Origin: Gammaproteobacteria bacterium
GTDB lineage: Bacteria; Pseudomonadota; Gammaproteobacteria; Pseudomonadales; Azotimanducaceae
Assembly: GCA_026707045.1 (NCBI GenBank)
Contig: JAPOXO010000031.1
Coordinates: 15,654-79,653, forward strand
Reading direction: 5' to 3'
DNA length: 64,000 nt
Position numbers and translations under genes: made by a program. Of this stretch, positions 54,722-64,000 are shown piece after piece. Position 1 is the stretch's first letter, and each line of letters begins with the position of its first letter. The notes beneath the pieces are model-generated. The model was not told the origin of the DNA, ran no database searches, and saw only the letters and a program-made list of their open reading frames with translations.

Positions 54722-56869
54722 TCAACGAAGTTCACGGGTCTCGATTCTGATGAAATCTTTCCTTGATACGTCGCCTTCATCATCCACAGCATAAAAGCGG
54801 ATGCGACGAGAATGGCCGTCAATCTCGTCCGGCGTGTAGATAACTCTTAGGCTGCAGCTTGTGTCGTCTTCCTCTTCGCAGTCACCCCCAGTCGAAAACG
54901 GCTTAGACTCTTCGATTTCATGAGTACCGTTTTCCTCTACGACAATACTCTCAGCGACCCGTCCATCGATGGTTTCAATTACAAAGTGCCGAATTGTTCC
55001 ATCAGGATCTCGAGCTCTCAATGTAAACTCCACAACGCCTCTTTTCTTGTCGTATCTAGGTTGGGGTTCATCGAAAATCGGAGGTGAATTGCGCACATGA
55101 ATAGTTACAGTCGTCCAATCCTCAAGACCCTTGTCATCCTCGACTTCAATGCGATATGAGTGAGTACCTTGTTCCGTTGCTTCAAATCGAAGATTCTTGA
55201 GCCTGCTTACGCGTCCTGACGAAGGAAAGAATCTGCCATTTGCTCCTCTTCTTCTGTCTTGTATAGTGAACCACCTTGCATCTCCATCCGGGTCGGAGAC
55301 GTGGATGTCCAGTTCGATTGTCTCTCCCACATACGCCTCGTAAGACCTTCGCCTAGATCTTATTGATGGTGGGTCAGGACTCTCAACGACCTCAATCGAC
55401 GCTGTCGCGGCGTAACTGCGCATGCCTTCGTCGTCAATTGCTACAAAATCGAACGAGTCGTCTCCCCAAAAGTCTGCTGATGGAGTGTATTCCCACTGGG
55501 ACCCATACCTTCGCAACGTCCCGTATCGCGGTGATTGCACGATTTCGAACCGTTCGATTTGTCCATCTGAATCATTTCCCTGCAAAGTTATTTTCAGACC
55601 CCTGCTGTCTTCTGCGGTAACCCAGTGGGACGGCTCTGCCGTTGGTCGGTCATTTTCGGGTTCGATTTCTATTGAAATCGTTGCCACCTGTGATTTCTGA
55701 CCCCGATCGTCGGTTACGGTGAACCGAATCGAGTCGGTTCCGTGGAAGTTCTCCTTTGGTGTATAGGTTCGAACTGGCCCGCTACCGGTTAGAGTTCCGT
55801 GTTGGGGAAACGCCACGATTTCATGAGTTGCTACAGTTCCGTCCGAGTCCGAGCTGTCCAGCTCAACTGTAACAGCACTGTCTTCGTACCCGCGGTACTC
55901 CTTGTCGAGGGCTGTTGGAGCGTCGTTTACTGACTCCACATTGATCGATACGGAGGCTGGAGCTGAAACCGATCCAGCTTCATCGACAGCGGCATATTCG
56001 AATGAATCGTTCCCGTTGAAGTTCGGATTGGGAGTGTAGGTACGCGTGGATCCGTTTCCGGAAATCTGTCCATGCTTAGGAAGTACGAGCACTCGATACT
56101 CCAGTTTCTCGTCGTCTGAATCCTCACCCATCAGTTCAATCGCGGTAGGAACATCTTCGCGGCCATAGACAGTTAAGCTGTGAGCAGATGGAAGATCGTT
56201 AGTCGCCGCAACAGTGATTTCAAAGCTAGCTGGTTCGGATTTCGCCCCTTCATTGTCGACGGCGACAAAGGTAAAGCTGTCTTTTCCATTGAAATTTTGA
56301 TCTGGCACATAAGTGAATGCAGTCGAATCAATGTCTACTTTGCCGTGTCTCGGAGGGCTTGAGATTTCGTACCGGACGACAAATCCGTCGATGTCGTTTG
56401 AGTCAGGTTTGGCATCGACACTGCCATCTTCATCCATCTCTAATGAAAGAGGTTGTGATGTAGGGGGATCGTTTACTGACTGTATCGATATCTCAATTGA
56501 TGCGGATTCTGATCTTGAACCGTTGGCATCGAAAATTGCGAAAGAGAACGAATCTTCGCCGTATACATCGGCGCGAGGGGTGTACGTCAATTTTGGTGGA
56601 GTGCCAGTTAGGTCTCCAATTCGCGGAGGGTCCGTTACTTCGTACGAATCTGCAGCGACCTTTGGACCTCGTGAAGAGAGTTCGATGTCGATCGATGTGT
56701 CCTCGAGTAAGACTACGGTCTGAGGTTCAGGAGAGGGTGACTTGCCGCAGGCAGCCAGAAGAATAGCTAGGCATAACACAATGATATGCCTGAAGAAATT
56801 ACTGTTGGAGCGAGAATTGTCTACGCGATTTTGAACCATTCGAGCGAAAGTTGCGTTTTCTAAATGCAT
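54722..56869 (-). CDS. lipoprotein with five tandem ~91-aa Ig/cadherin-like repeats plus two further Ig-like domains
   Basis: Lipobox LLAAC. Each repeat has the pattern ED..v.i.L...D.DG....yEI...P.HG.l.g.g....YTP..nF.G.DSF.F.a.D..G..S..A...I.v...ND.PT. Confidence 0.75.
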   Translation of the reverse strand: MHLENATFARMVQNRVDNSRSNSNFFRHIIVLCLAILLAACGKSPSPEPQTVVLLEDTSIDIELSSRGPKVAADSYEVTDPPRIGDLTGTPPKLTYTPRADVYGEDSFSFAIFDANGSRSESASIEISIQSVNDPPTSQPLSLEMDEDGSVDAKPDSNDIDGFVVRYEISSPPRHGKVDIDSTAFTYVPDQNFNGKDSFTFVAVDNEGAKSEPASFEITVAATNDLPSAHSLTVYGREDVPTAIELMGEDSDDEKLEYRVLVLPKHGQISGNGSTRTYTPNPNFNGNDSFEYAAVDEAGSVSAPASVSINVESVNDAPTALDKEYRGYEDSAVTVELDSSDSDGTVATHEIVAFPQHGTLTGSGPVRTYTPKENFHGTDSIRFTVTDDRGQKSQVATISIEIEPENDRPTAEPSHWVTAEDSRGLKITLQGNDSDGQIERFEIVQSPRYGTLRRYGSQWEYTPSADFWGDDSFDFVAIDDEGMRSYAATASIEVVESPDPPSIRSRRRSYEAYVGETIELDIHVSDPDGDARWFTIQDRRRGANGRFFPSSGRVSRLKNLRFEATEQGTHSYRIEVEDDKGLEDWTTVTIHVRNSPPIFDEPQPRYDKKRGVVEFTLRARDPDGTIRHFVIETIDGRVAESIVVEENGTHEIEESKPFSTGGDCEEEDDTSCSLRVIYTPDEIDGHSRRIRFYAVDDEGDVSRKDFIRIETRELR
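55350..56735 (-). repeat. five tandem coding repeats (~273 nt each) inside 54722-56869
   Basis: The repeat boundaries are marked by NDPPTS, NDLPSA, NDAPTA, NDRPTA and SPDPPS. Confidence 0.7.
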
Positions 56870-57096
56870 GGATGCTTATGCTTCGACTACGTTTATGATG
56901 TCTGGGTTCCCTACGTGCCTAATGGGACGGCACACTATCAATCATTGAGCTACTTTATTGCTGTCTCTTTCTTTGACAAGAGGGGCTGCGTAATCAACAA
57001 ATTGTGCTTGAATCCGGTTGAGAGCACAGTGCTTCGCCAGATTTCGGATCGTTGGAATGTGTAGCGAGGATTTACGTACTCACTCGCCTCGCCTGC

Positions 57097-57353
57097 TTAC
57101 GAGAGAGAATTCAGCGAGAAAAGATGGACAATAATCACCTGGTCGTAGTCCAGTAACCATGCGTCATGGAGCACGAGGCTATAAGTCCACTCAAAAAAAT
57201 CCTCCTCAATCCCATTATTGGTCGTCATTCTGGGATTTCCTATTGTGCTACTTGTCAACAACATCAATGGAAATTCGACAAAACATTCTTCTGCCCTCCA
57301 CTCAGCGATCAAAAAGGGTTCCACGTAAGCAGTGTCTACCTCGAGTACTGACA
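57097..57353 (-). CDS. hypothetical small protein
   Basis: The protein-like part of the 115-aa track ORF begins at the internal ATG (MSVLEVDTAYVEPF...). It overlaps the 5' end of the opposite-strand ORF, so only one of the two may be real. Confidence 0.3.
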
Positions 57354-57778
57354 TCCAGCCGGTCCAACCTGAAGAACTGGATGGTTTGACAGGCAGTACA
57401 TTCTTTCTCGGCGAAGAGTGCCCCGAGCGGCTAGACCAAGACACTCATCTCAAATCGGAGTGCTTGGATGCGGTCGAACAACATTTCAGCAAGGAAACCA
57501 CCTATACAGTCGATCACTTTGGCATGATTCCAATGGAGAGTTCCTTCACTTACGGAGCAATGACAGGCAATTACGAGAGAGACCGCGAACGCGTAATCGA
57601 AGCGTTCTTGAGTGCAGAGTGTCGATTGGTGGAAGGACCAATTCGCATGGATTTAAAAGAGAAATGCAATTCCTACTCGTTTTTTCGCTTTGCCTATTTC
57701 AGCGAAATGTGTGACGGGCCAATTGACAGTAGTATCTGGGTTGTAGGGAATTTAGACCAAGGACAAACCCTCTCCTAG
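57332..57778 (+). CDS. hypothetical protein
   Basis: 148-aa ORF with no motif. The start is uncertain. Confidence 0.3.
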   Translation: MSTSSTDIQPVQPEELDGLTGSTFFLGEECPERLDQDTHLKSECLDAVEQHFSKETTYTVDHFGMIPMESSFTYGAMTGNYERDRERVIEAFLSAECRLVEGPIRMDLKEKCNSYSFFRFAYFSEMCDGPIDSSIWVVGNLDQGQTLS

Positions 57779-57991
57779 CACACAATGGAATTGTTTGCAG
57801 CATGGAACGAACTAAACGTCAGTTTTCCAATGTTGAATGTGTTGCGAGAGACGGAGTTGAAAGATCTCTGGATCAGGTCAGCCTGTTCGTCCCGTCTATC
57901 CTAGGGTAGGTAGACTTCGTTCGGGCAAAGTTTCCCCAACGGGGAACTAACACATTGGTGGGATGAGTGAACAGGCGCACTGTGGCAGCAG

Positions 57992-58456
57992 GTGGTGTCA
58001 ACCGATTGCACCCTTTGCCAAATGGCTCGAGCCCGGTCGAATTGGGGAAACTATCAAATTCTGGCAGTCTCGTCTGGGAGACACAAGGCTGGTCTTGACG
58101 GTATGCCTCCTTCCGTTTTCGAAGAAGATAGCAAATATGGCGAGTCCAAACAAACTTTGTTCCCGTGGATGAAAAAACTGAAAGAACCATCGAAACTGAG
58201 AGACAGTTCACCTATCAAGGCGATTGCTCTTGCAGCACATGGATTGGTCGGCATTAACGAGTCAGGATTCGAGGCCGACGTTGCTGAGACTGCCAAATTC
58301 TTTTGTCAAACCGACCAAACGCGAGAATCGGAAGACGAAGCCGAGGATTGCGCAACGGCTATCAAGAACGCGGAATACTCGATCGAAACTGCAGACTGCC
58401 AAGTGCTTCGAATGCTAGAAGAAATTGCTAGTGCAGCTTTGGATCAAAGCTTCTAG
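57992..58456 (+). CDS. hypothetical protein
   Basis: 154-aa ORF whose C-terminal half looks protein-like (acidic, helical). The start is uncertain. Confidence 0.3.
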   Translation: MVSTDCTLCQMARARSNWGNYQILAVSSGRHKAGLDGMPPSVFEEDSKYGESKQTLFPWMKKLKEPSKLRDSSPIKAIALAAHGLVGINESGFEADVAETAKFFCQTDQTRESEDEAEDCATAIKNAEYSIETADCQVLRMLEEIASAALDQSF

Positions 58457-59053
58457 CGCTGACATTTGAGCTTGTGAAATCGGATTAGCTTCCATGGCCA
58501 AATCCGTAGATTTATTTTTCTTTCAAAATTTCAGCTAGTCCTGGAGTCGATTTGTGCTAGCAAAAACCTCGGTCGACCCACACAACAATTGTGCCGTAGA
58601 CAGCTTTCGAAGCACTTTATTTGCACCATTGCATAGGATGCAGACACTCTTTCTAATGTTGTTATTCAAGAATTTAAGCATATGAGCATTCGAACAGTGA
58701 ATATTCGATTATTTGCAATTCCAGCCTCACGATGTTCGATCGTCGGGTCAAGTGTTGTGAAGGCGAACAGATTGAAGGAATCACGGTGGAATCCTTCGAA
58801 GCAACGTCATTCATGATTCAATTTTTCAAAGCGGACCAAATTGAGTCCTCGGTTGTACAGCTAAAGATACACAAAGCCCAATACCTGTGTCGATGTGTAG
58901 TCGAATAGGTATTCCACTCCCACGGGTTCCCATTCAAATAAATCAAATTTTTTGCATGTTTTGCGCACTTTTCAGTTATTATTTAATTCTCGATTGGTTT
59001 GAACTCGTATCTGCGACATTCAAGGCTTTAGAACAACCTGTAGGGGGCAATAG

Positions 59054-60322
59054 GTGCTTGTTTCATTCGAAGTAGAAAACTGGACGTGTTTTCGAGATCA
59101 GCAGCATTTCAGCATGCGTGCCACCAAAGGGACACCCGAAGAGTTTGCATTTGATACCGGCGTGAGTCATTATCCGAGACTGAACCGCGCATCAGTGATT
59201 TTCGGACCCAACGGATCCGGCAAGTCGCGTTTCGTCGACGCGTTGGCTTTCGCACAGCAGCTTGTACTGTCCTCGGCACTGCAATCGCAAGAAGGAGATG
59301 CCATTGACGTCCAATCATTTCTCTATGACACTGAAATATCCATGAAAGCAAGCGGCTTCCGCTTTGTATTTATCGAGAATGAAATCGCCTACGAGTACAG
59401 TTTCGCTGTAGATTCGGAACGGGTCACGGAGGAACGGTTGGACGTGAGACCCCCAGGAGGCCGTAGACAGAATTGGTTTTCACGAGAATATGAATCGGAT
59501 TCTGCCACTTACACATGGAAATTTGGTGTAGGTCTCCGTGGTTCTCGTGGTGTTTGGAGAAAAGCCACTCGGGAAAACGCACTATTTGTGTCTACCGCGG
59601 TGCAATTGAACGCCGCTTCTTTGCGTCCGATAGTTCGTTGGTTTCGAAGATTGGTCGTTGTTAGATCCGGGGGATTCACAACAACATTCACATCCACTAG
59701 TCTCCAGGACAATCCAGGGTTCAAAGCCCGTCTAGTTCGATTCTTTAGGCAGTTGGACATCCACGTCTCGGACATCCGAGTGAGGGAAAAGGATCTCTAT
59801 GTCGATGAATCAGGTCGTCATATCATTCCAAGAATGCTAAAAGACTTTGACAACAGCAAGAGAAAGACGATGCTCGTCCCAGAGTTTGGGCTACCTGTAA
59901 AGGGGAAAAAGGGCCTCGCATTCCTTGACCTCGACCAGCTGTCAGATGGCACGCAACGAATCTATGCGTTTGCAGGACCGTGGTTGGATATTGTTGATCG
60001 CAATAGGGTCGTAGTGGTGGACGAACTCGACAGAAGCTTGCACCCACATCTGGTTTGGTTCCTCATACGATTCATCCACGACTGCTACACAACAACCGAA
60101 CATCGCGCGCAAATCATAGCTACGGTACACGACACGCATCTACTCGAGGATGCACTTGACCGAAGACAAGTTTGGCTCACTGAGAAAAATTTGGATCAGT
60201 CGGCGATGCTTACGCCTCTAGCCACCTATAAGCCAAGAAAGAACGAATCTCTACGGAGGGGTTATTTGGGTGGTCGTTACGGGGCGGTTCCGAACGTCGC
60301 GGAAATGGAAGCCATCGCTTAA
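59054..60322 (+). CDS. AAA_21/ABC-type ATPase, AbiLi-like (RloA-like)
   Basis: Walker A FGPNGSGKSRFVDAL, signature-like QLSDGTQRIYAF, Walker B VVVVDELDRSLHP and a downstream H-loop TVHDTH. Confidence 0.85.
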   Translation: MLVSFEVENWTCFRDQQHFSMRATKGTPEEFAFDTGVSHYPRLNRASVIFGPNGSGKSRFVDALAFAQQLVLSSALQSQEGDAIDVQSFLYDTEISMKASGFRFVFIENEIAYEYSFAVDSERVTEERLDVRPPGGRRQNWFSREYESDSATYTWKFGVGLRGSRGVWRKATRENALFVSTAVQLNAASLRPIVRWFRRLVVVRSGGFTTTFTSTSLQDNPGFKARLVRFFRQLDIHVSDIRVREKDLYVDESGRHIIPRMLKDFDNSKRKTMLVPEFGLPVKGKKGLAFLDLDQLSDGTQRIYAFAGPWLDIVDRNRVVVVDELDRSLHPHLVWFLIRFIHDCYTTTEHRAQIIATVHDTHLLEDALDRRQVWLTEKNLDQSAMLTPLATYKPRKNESLRRGYLGGRYGAVPNVAEMEAIA

Positions 60323-60352
60323 CTTTTTAAGTTTTGGATGGAATAGCAAAAG

Positions 60353-60973
60353 TTGGGACATCGCCGTTTGCGTTTAAGTGGCAAGCCCAGGATTCTCATC
60401 CTTTGTGAGGGAGCTCAAACAGAACCAAACTATTTCAATTGGTTGAAATTTCAAAACCGACTGACTAGCGTGGTAGTACGCCCGCCGCGTGGTCGCCAAT
60501 CGGGTCCTCAAGGCCTATTGAAACGGTTGAAATCCGAACTGAAAAGAGATTCAGGATGGGACGAAGTTTATTGTGTTCTGGATCATGACGAACGAACTGT
60601 TGAAATTGACATCTTTAAAACGGATCTAGCTCGATTGAACAACAGAAGAGCGTCTACTCGCATAGAAATGGTCTTGTCGAATCCATGCTTCGAACTGTGG
60701 TTGCTCCTACATTACGAGTTTACAGATCGCCCATATGCGTCGTTGCCCGAAGGAAGTAGTGCTTGTAATGGAGTAACCAATAAACTTTTGCGACATATAC
60801 CAAACTACAGCAAGAATTCAATCGATTACCTCAATGGGCTGGTAGACCGAGTGACTGACGCATTAGTCAACGCCGGTCGACTGAATAGTCTTGAGTTTCG
60901 GGAAGGCAGCGAACATTTACCCCATACAGACGTGAACGAGCTAGTCGCCAGACTATTGAAAATCAATGATTGA
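60353..60973 (+). CDS. RloB-like (AbiLii-like, Toprim-related) protein
   Basis: The family hallmarks are in order: ILILCEGAQTEPNYF, VYCVLDHDER and VLSNPCFELWLLLHYE. Confidence 0.85.
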   Translation: MGHRRLRLSGKPRILILCEGAQTEPNYFNWLKFQNRLTSVVVRPPRGRQSGPQGLLKRLKSELKRDSGWDEVYCVLDHDERTVEIDIFKTDLARLNNRRASTRIEMVLSNPCFELWLLLHYEFTDRPYASLPEGSSACNGVTNKLLRHIPNYSKNSIDYLNGLVDRVTDALVNAGRLNSLEFREGSEHLPHTDVNELVARLLKIND

Positions 60974-61158
60974 TGTGTAATGCGGTTTTTTGACATATCC
61001 AGGATTTTGAATGCGGTGTTGCACACCCACTCGTAGTCGCATGCACTTCAGTCTAGCAGTTTCGTAACCCTACACTCGTTACATCTTTCGAAATTACGGC
61101 GCAATTTGTACTTTGTTTTAGCTAGCGCAAATGTGTTCTGCGCAGATTCGTTCCGGGT

Positions 61159-61758
61159 TTGACATGGGACAAAGCTGCAGTAGATTGGTGTGCGCTTTCC
61201 GACCCTATCGTACGCGCTGCTCTCCTACATGCGCAATTCGAGCTCATTCATCCGTTTGACGATGGAAATGGACGGATAGGAAGACTATTGATACCGCTCC
61301 ACCTCACCAAGATTGACAGTCTTGTCAAACCATCCTTTTATATAAGCGGTTACTTTGAAATGCATCGTGCGGAATACCTACAACGCCTAGGCGCGATATC
61401 GAATCAAGGGGACTGGATGGGGTGGATAGAATTCTTTTTGAAGGCGGTCGTTGAGCAGGCACAACGAAATATCGGTCTCGTGCGAAGTATCGGGCAGTTA
61501 TACGAACAAAAAAAGAATGAATTCCTTACTCTCCTCAAGTCCGAACTAGCTATTCCACTTCTTGACTACCTGTTCAAGAAACCGGTGTTTTATGTACCGG
61601 ATGTGCACCGAACGCTGGGTATCAATCGTGTACGTGCTGCCAAATACATCGGAACTCTGCGCGAGGCCGGTATCCTTCAAGAGATCGAACTGGCAACGGG
61701 CCGGAAAGGAGCTTTTTTGGCACTCGACGCACTGTTTGAAATCACCGATCAACAGTAG
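61159..61758 (+). CDS. Fic family protein, 5'-truncated (core + C-terminal wHTH only)
   Basis: Fic motif HPFDDGNGRIGRLL. The ORF opens with a TTG only about 25 codons before the motif. The usual N-terminal domain of about 100-150 aa is absent, and only 185 bp separate it from rloB. Confidence 0.7.
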   Translation: MTWDKAAVDWCALSDPIVRAALLHAQFELIHPFDDGNGRIGRLLIPLHLTKIDSLVKPSFYISGYFEMHRAEYLQRLGAISNQGDWMGWIEFFLKAVVEQAQRNIGLVRSIGQLYEQKKNEFLTLLKSELAIPLLDYLFKKPVFYVPDVHRTLGINRVRAAKYIGTLREAGILQEIELATGRKGAFLALDALFEITDQQ

Positions 61759-62252
61759 TGATTCAGCCGAAATGTTTGCTAATGTACGTTCGTCGTATAA
61801 CAGTTATGTAGCACGACTCGCCATCGGTCGGATTGCTGAGTATTGGATCGAATTACCTAGAGTTGGCTTTTCCACACAGTACAAAATCGAGTCCTTGACT
61901 GAATCGTTCTTCGAAGCCTGAAGGGCAGACGACACGGTCTGATCCAAGACAACGGTATGTCGGACAAATGTGGAAACTGAGAAGACTTGTGATGGCTCGG
62001 ACAGGGAGGAAATGCTATTGAGATATGTTCGTCTCCGAAGTACCAACGTTTCTAATACAGCACTCTTTTCATTCTGTTTTCTATACAACAAACTTCCAGA
62101 TCCCAACCGCAATTCTCCAACCTTCAGAATCGGGTAGTTGCTTCAAAAGGGCCCGAAATTGAGGACCTAGTTTCACTGTCAGTTGTCCAAATTTGCAGGA
62201 AACCAACTCTGCTCGAGGGAAATTTCGGCTGTGTTAAGATTATCGAATAGTC

Positions 62253-62936
62253 TTGGTCGCAAGCAAATTCAAAATGAGAAGAACAACGAGTGCACTTTCG
62301 CGCCTAACACTCTTGGGACTCATCTTACTTGTGTCGGGCTGTGCGACTATATATACCGACCCAGAATTTGACAGGCTAAGACTCGAGCACCACTACATTG
62401 CCATAATCCCATTCAATGTATCCATAAATCCCGAGCATCAGGGCGGAGATGTCACGGAAGAGGAATTGGCGTCACTGGAGAAAGAACAAGGTGAAACGCT
62501 GCAGCGAGCGATGTATGCGCAGTTCCTACAGGGACAGCAGCGAGGTCATTACACGGTTCAATTCCAAGATGTCGATGAGACGAACACCTTACTGACTCGA
62601 GAACTAGAATTTCATCCAACCCGCAGAGTCTTGTCTGCGTTGACAAAATCCGAAATTTGCGAGATCCTCAAGGTAGACGCTGTTATTTCTGGCGACATGT
62701 ACCTCAATAAGCCAATGGGAAAAGGAATGGCGATTGCGTCATCGCTATTGTTGGGGGTAGGCGCTGCGACTAACGAAGCACATATTTCCATGTCCATTCA
62801 TGAGAGTGAAAGTGGCAGACTCCTTTGGAACTACGAACATGTCGCAAAAGGTGGATTGCTCAGTTCAGCTCAATCGGTTGCAAAAGATGTCATCAAGGGC
62901 GTACGTCGTTCGTTTCCCTATAAGAAGAGCAACTAA
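62253..62936 (+). CDS. lipoprotein (hypothetical)
   Basis: Lipobox LLVSGC after a basic N-terminus. 227 aa. Confidence 0.55.
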   Translation: MVASKFKMRRTTSALSRLTLLGLILLVSGCATIYTDPEFDRLRLEHHYIAIIPFNVSINPEHQGGDVTEEELASLEKEQGETLQRAMYAQFLQGQQRGHYTVQFQDVDETNTLLTRELEFHPTRRVLSALTKSEICEILKVDAVISGDMYLNKPMGKGMAIASSLLLGVGAATNEAHISMSIHESESGRLLWNYEHVAKGGLLSSAQSVAKDVIKGVRRSFPYKKSN

Positions 62937-63782
62937 TTGCATCTTCTCTTGCTCCGTAGGCGTAGTTTCCTCGATTTTGGAGTCATTTCTGGGATTCTGT
63001 ATATCCGCTGGGTGTCCTAATTTGCTCTAACAGTTCAGAGCCTGAAAGGAAGATATTTTTTCAGGGTGTGCTTTCCAAGTTCGAGAATCACCAATCCTCA
63101 TCTCTTTTGCGATCTTGCACAAATGGAAACGGCTACATCCCGCGCTTTTGGTCTTTATTGTGGTTATCTACATTGCGGTGTTGGGAACAGATACAGTGGT
63201 TCGATTGTTGGCTGAATGAGACCTTACCCATATAACTCCAGAAACACCATAGATTCTCCTCTGCATGCGCACGCATTGCCAATGACTAGCATTTGAAGCT
63301 GCAGCTTTTGCAGAACGAAAGCTTTCCCGATCACTAATCTGAGTTGGGAATTGCAACGAGAAAGGACTTAAGAGCACCTTCTATAGATGCCTACAGTCAG
63401 GAATTCGAACAGAAGGTGTCTTGAGCTCTCGTGGCGCAAGCGAGCTGACAATTGCGTGGTGACCCAGCTTGTTTGAAGCCACTCCGATTCGAAAGACCTG
63501 AAGCCGAAGCGACGCACACTGTTATCTCTCAGTTTGTGTTCGCAGATTGCAAGGTACCAGCACGACTCTTTTGGTACAACCGTAGGCAAAACTCTAGATA
63601 CAAACCTGTCCGATCTTCAATAGGCAATTCGTCCTTTAGTAGCTCCAACCTACTCACACATACACATTCCCATCGAATGCGCAAGCAGGCCATCAATCAG
63701 TTTGTCTAAAAGCAAACTTCTGGTGTCGCATGTCGTTCAGAGAGCATTTGAGACTTACTTGTGCCGCCATTGATTACCCACT

Positions 63783-63989
63783 TTAAAGGAGGAGCAACAA
63801 GAGATATAAACTAAGCAAGGAGACAGGCACCAAAAGAATGTGGGTGAGGGTCAGTCCGCCTTCTTTTTTTGTTCCATTATTTGCGCCTTCTTGCTGCTGC
63901 TCATGCTGGTCTGCTTCCATGTCGATCACGTCGTGAGTTACTTCGGTCAGGACTTGGGCGTGCACTTCGTCGTTTAGCTCGTCAGTCAT
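63783..63989 (-). CDS. small acidic protein with C-terminal hydrophobic tail (hypothetical)
   Basis: 68-aa ORF near the window edge, with the C-terminal segment ILLVPVSLLSLYLLLLLL. Confidence 0.2.
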   Translation of the reverse strand: MTDELNDEVHAQVLTEVTHDVIDMEADQHEQQQEGANNGTKKEGGLTLTHILLVPVSLLSLYLLLLLL

Positions 63990-64000
63990 TGGTACTTCGT

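Noticed and set aside
58731-58905. Short ORF containing EGEQIEGITVE, possibly a remnant of the Fic N-terminal (SSxIEGT) region on the far side of the AbiL-like cassette
   Set aside because: Only the IEG tripeptide and one flanking residue match the consensus I recall, and the surrounding residues do not align. This is too weak without a blastx test. It is kept only as a check suggested under the Fic finding.

Overview
This 64-kb chromosomal window has gene content and synteny typical of a gammaproteobacterium. The backbone is yggT-proC-yggS-ruvX-yqgE ... tonB-gshB, all on the minus strand. About 28.5 kb of accessory DNA (about 3.2-31.7 kb) splits that backbone. It carries a fused XRE/ImmA-IrrE regulator, a hipBA toxin-antitoxin pair and a 1135-aa beta-propeller/di-haem/CBM exoprotein. 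It also carries six tandem, diverged paralogues (11.8-23.7 kb) encoding membrane-anchored helical-repeat proteins of unknown function, and a TlpA-like redoxin + ABC-2 exporter operon. Paralogous small lipoproteins, a PLP-decarboxylase/hydrolase pair and a decayed antitoxin pseudogene at the right edge complete the insert. Right of gshB the content is again accessory. There is a small defence/TA islet: a DUF2779 Cas4-like nuclease, MntA plus a frameshifted HepT, and an uncharacterised two-gene membrane operon divergent from an HNH endonuclease. Further right are tandem PDZ-M48 lipoprotein paralogues (one has HQxxH instead of HExxH), a 1797-aa metzincin/TSP3/FG-GAP giant protein, a cytochrome b561 and a tandem-repeat Ig-like lipoprotein. 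The window ends with an AbiL-like AAA-ATPase + RloB pair followed by a 5'-truncated Fic gene. I recognised no rRNA, tRNA, CRISPR array, integrase or transposase. The best candidates for something undescribed are the six-paralogue array (possibly together with the adjacent redoxin/ABC operon) and the membrane-pair/HNH module. All calls come from reading motifs in the supplied translations and the DNA. No database search was possible.
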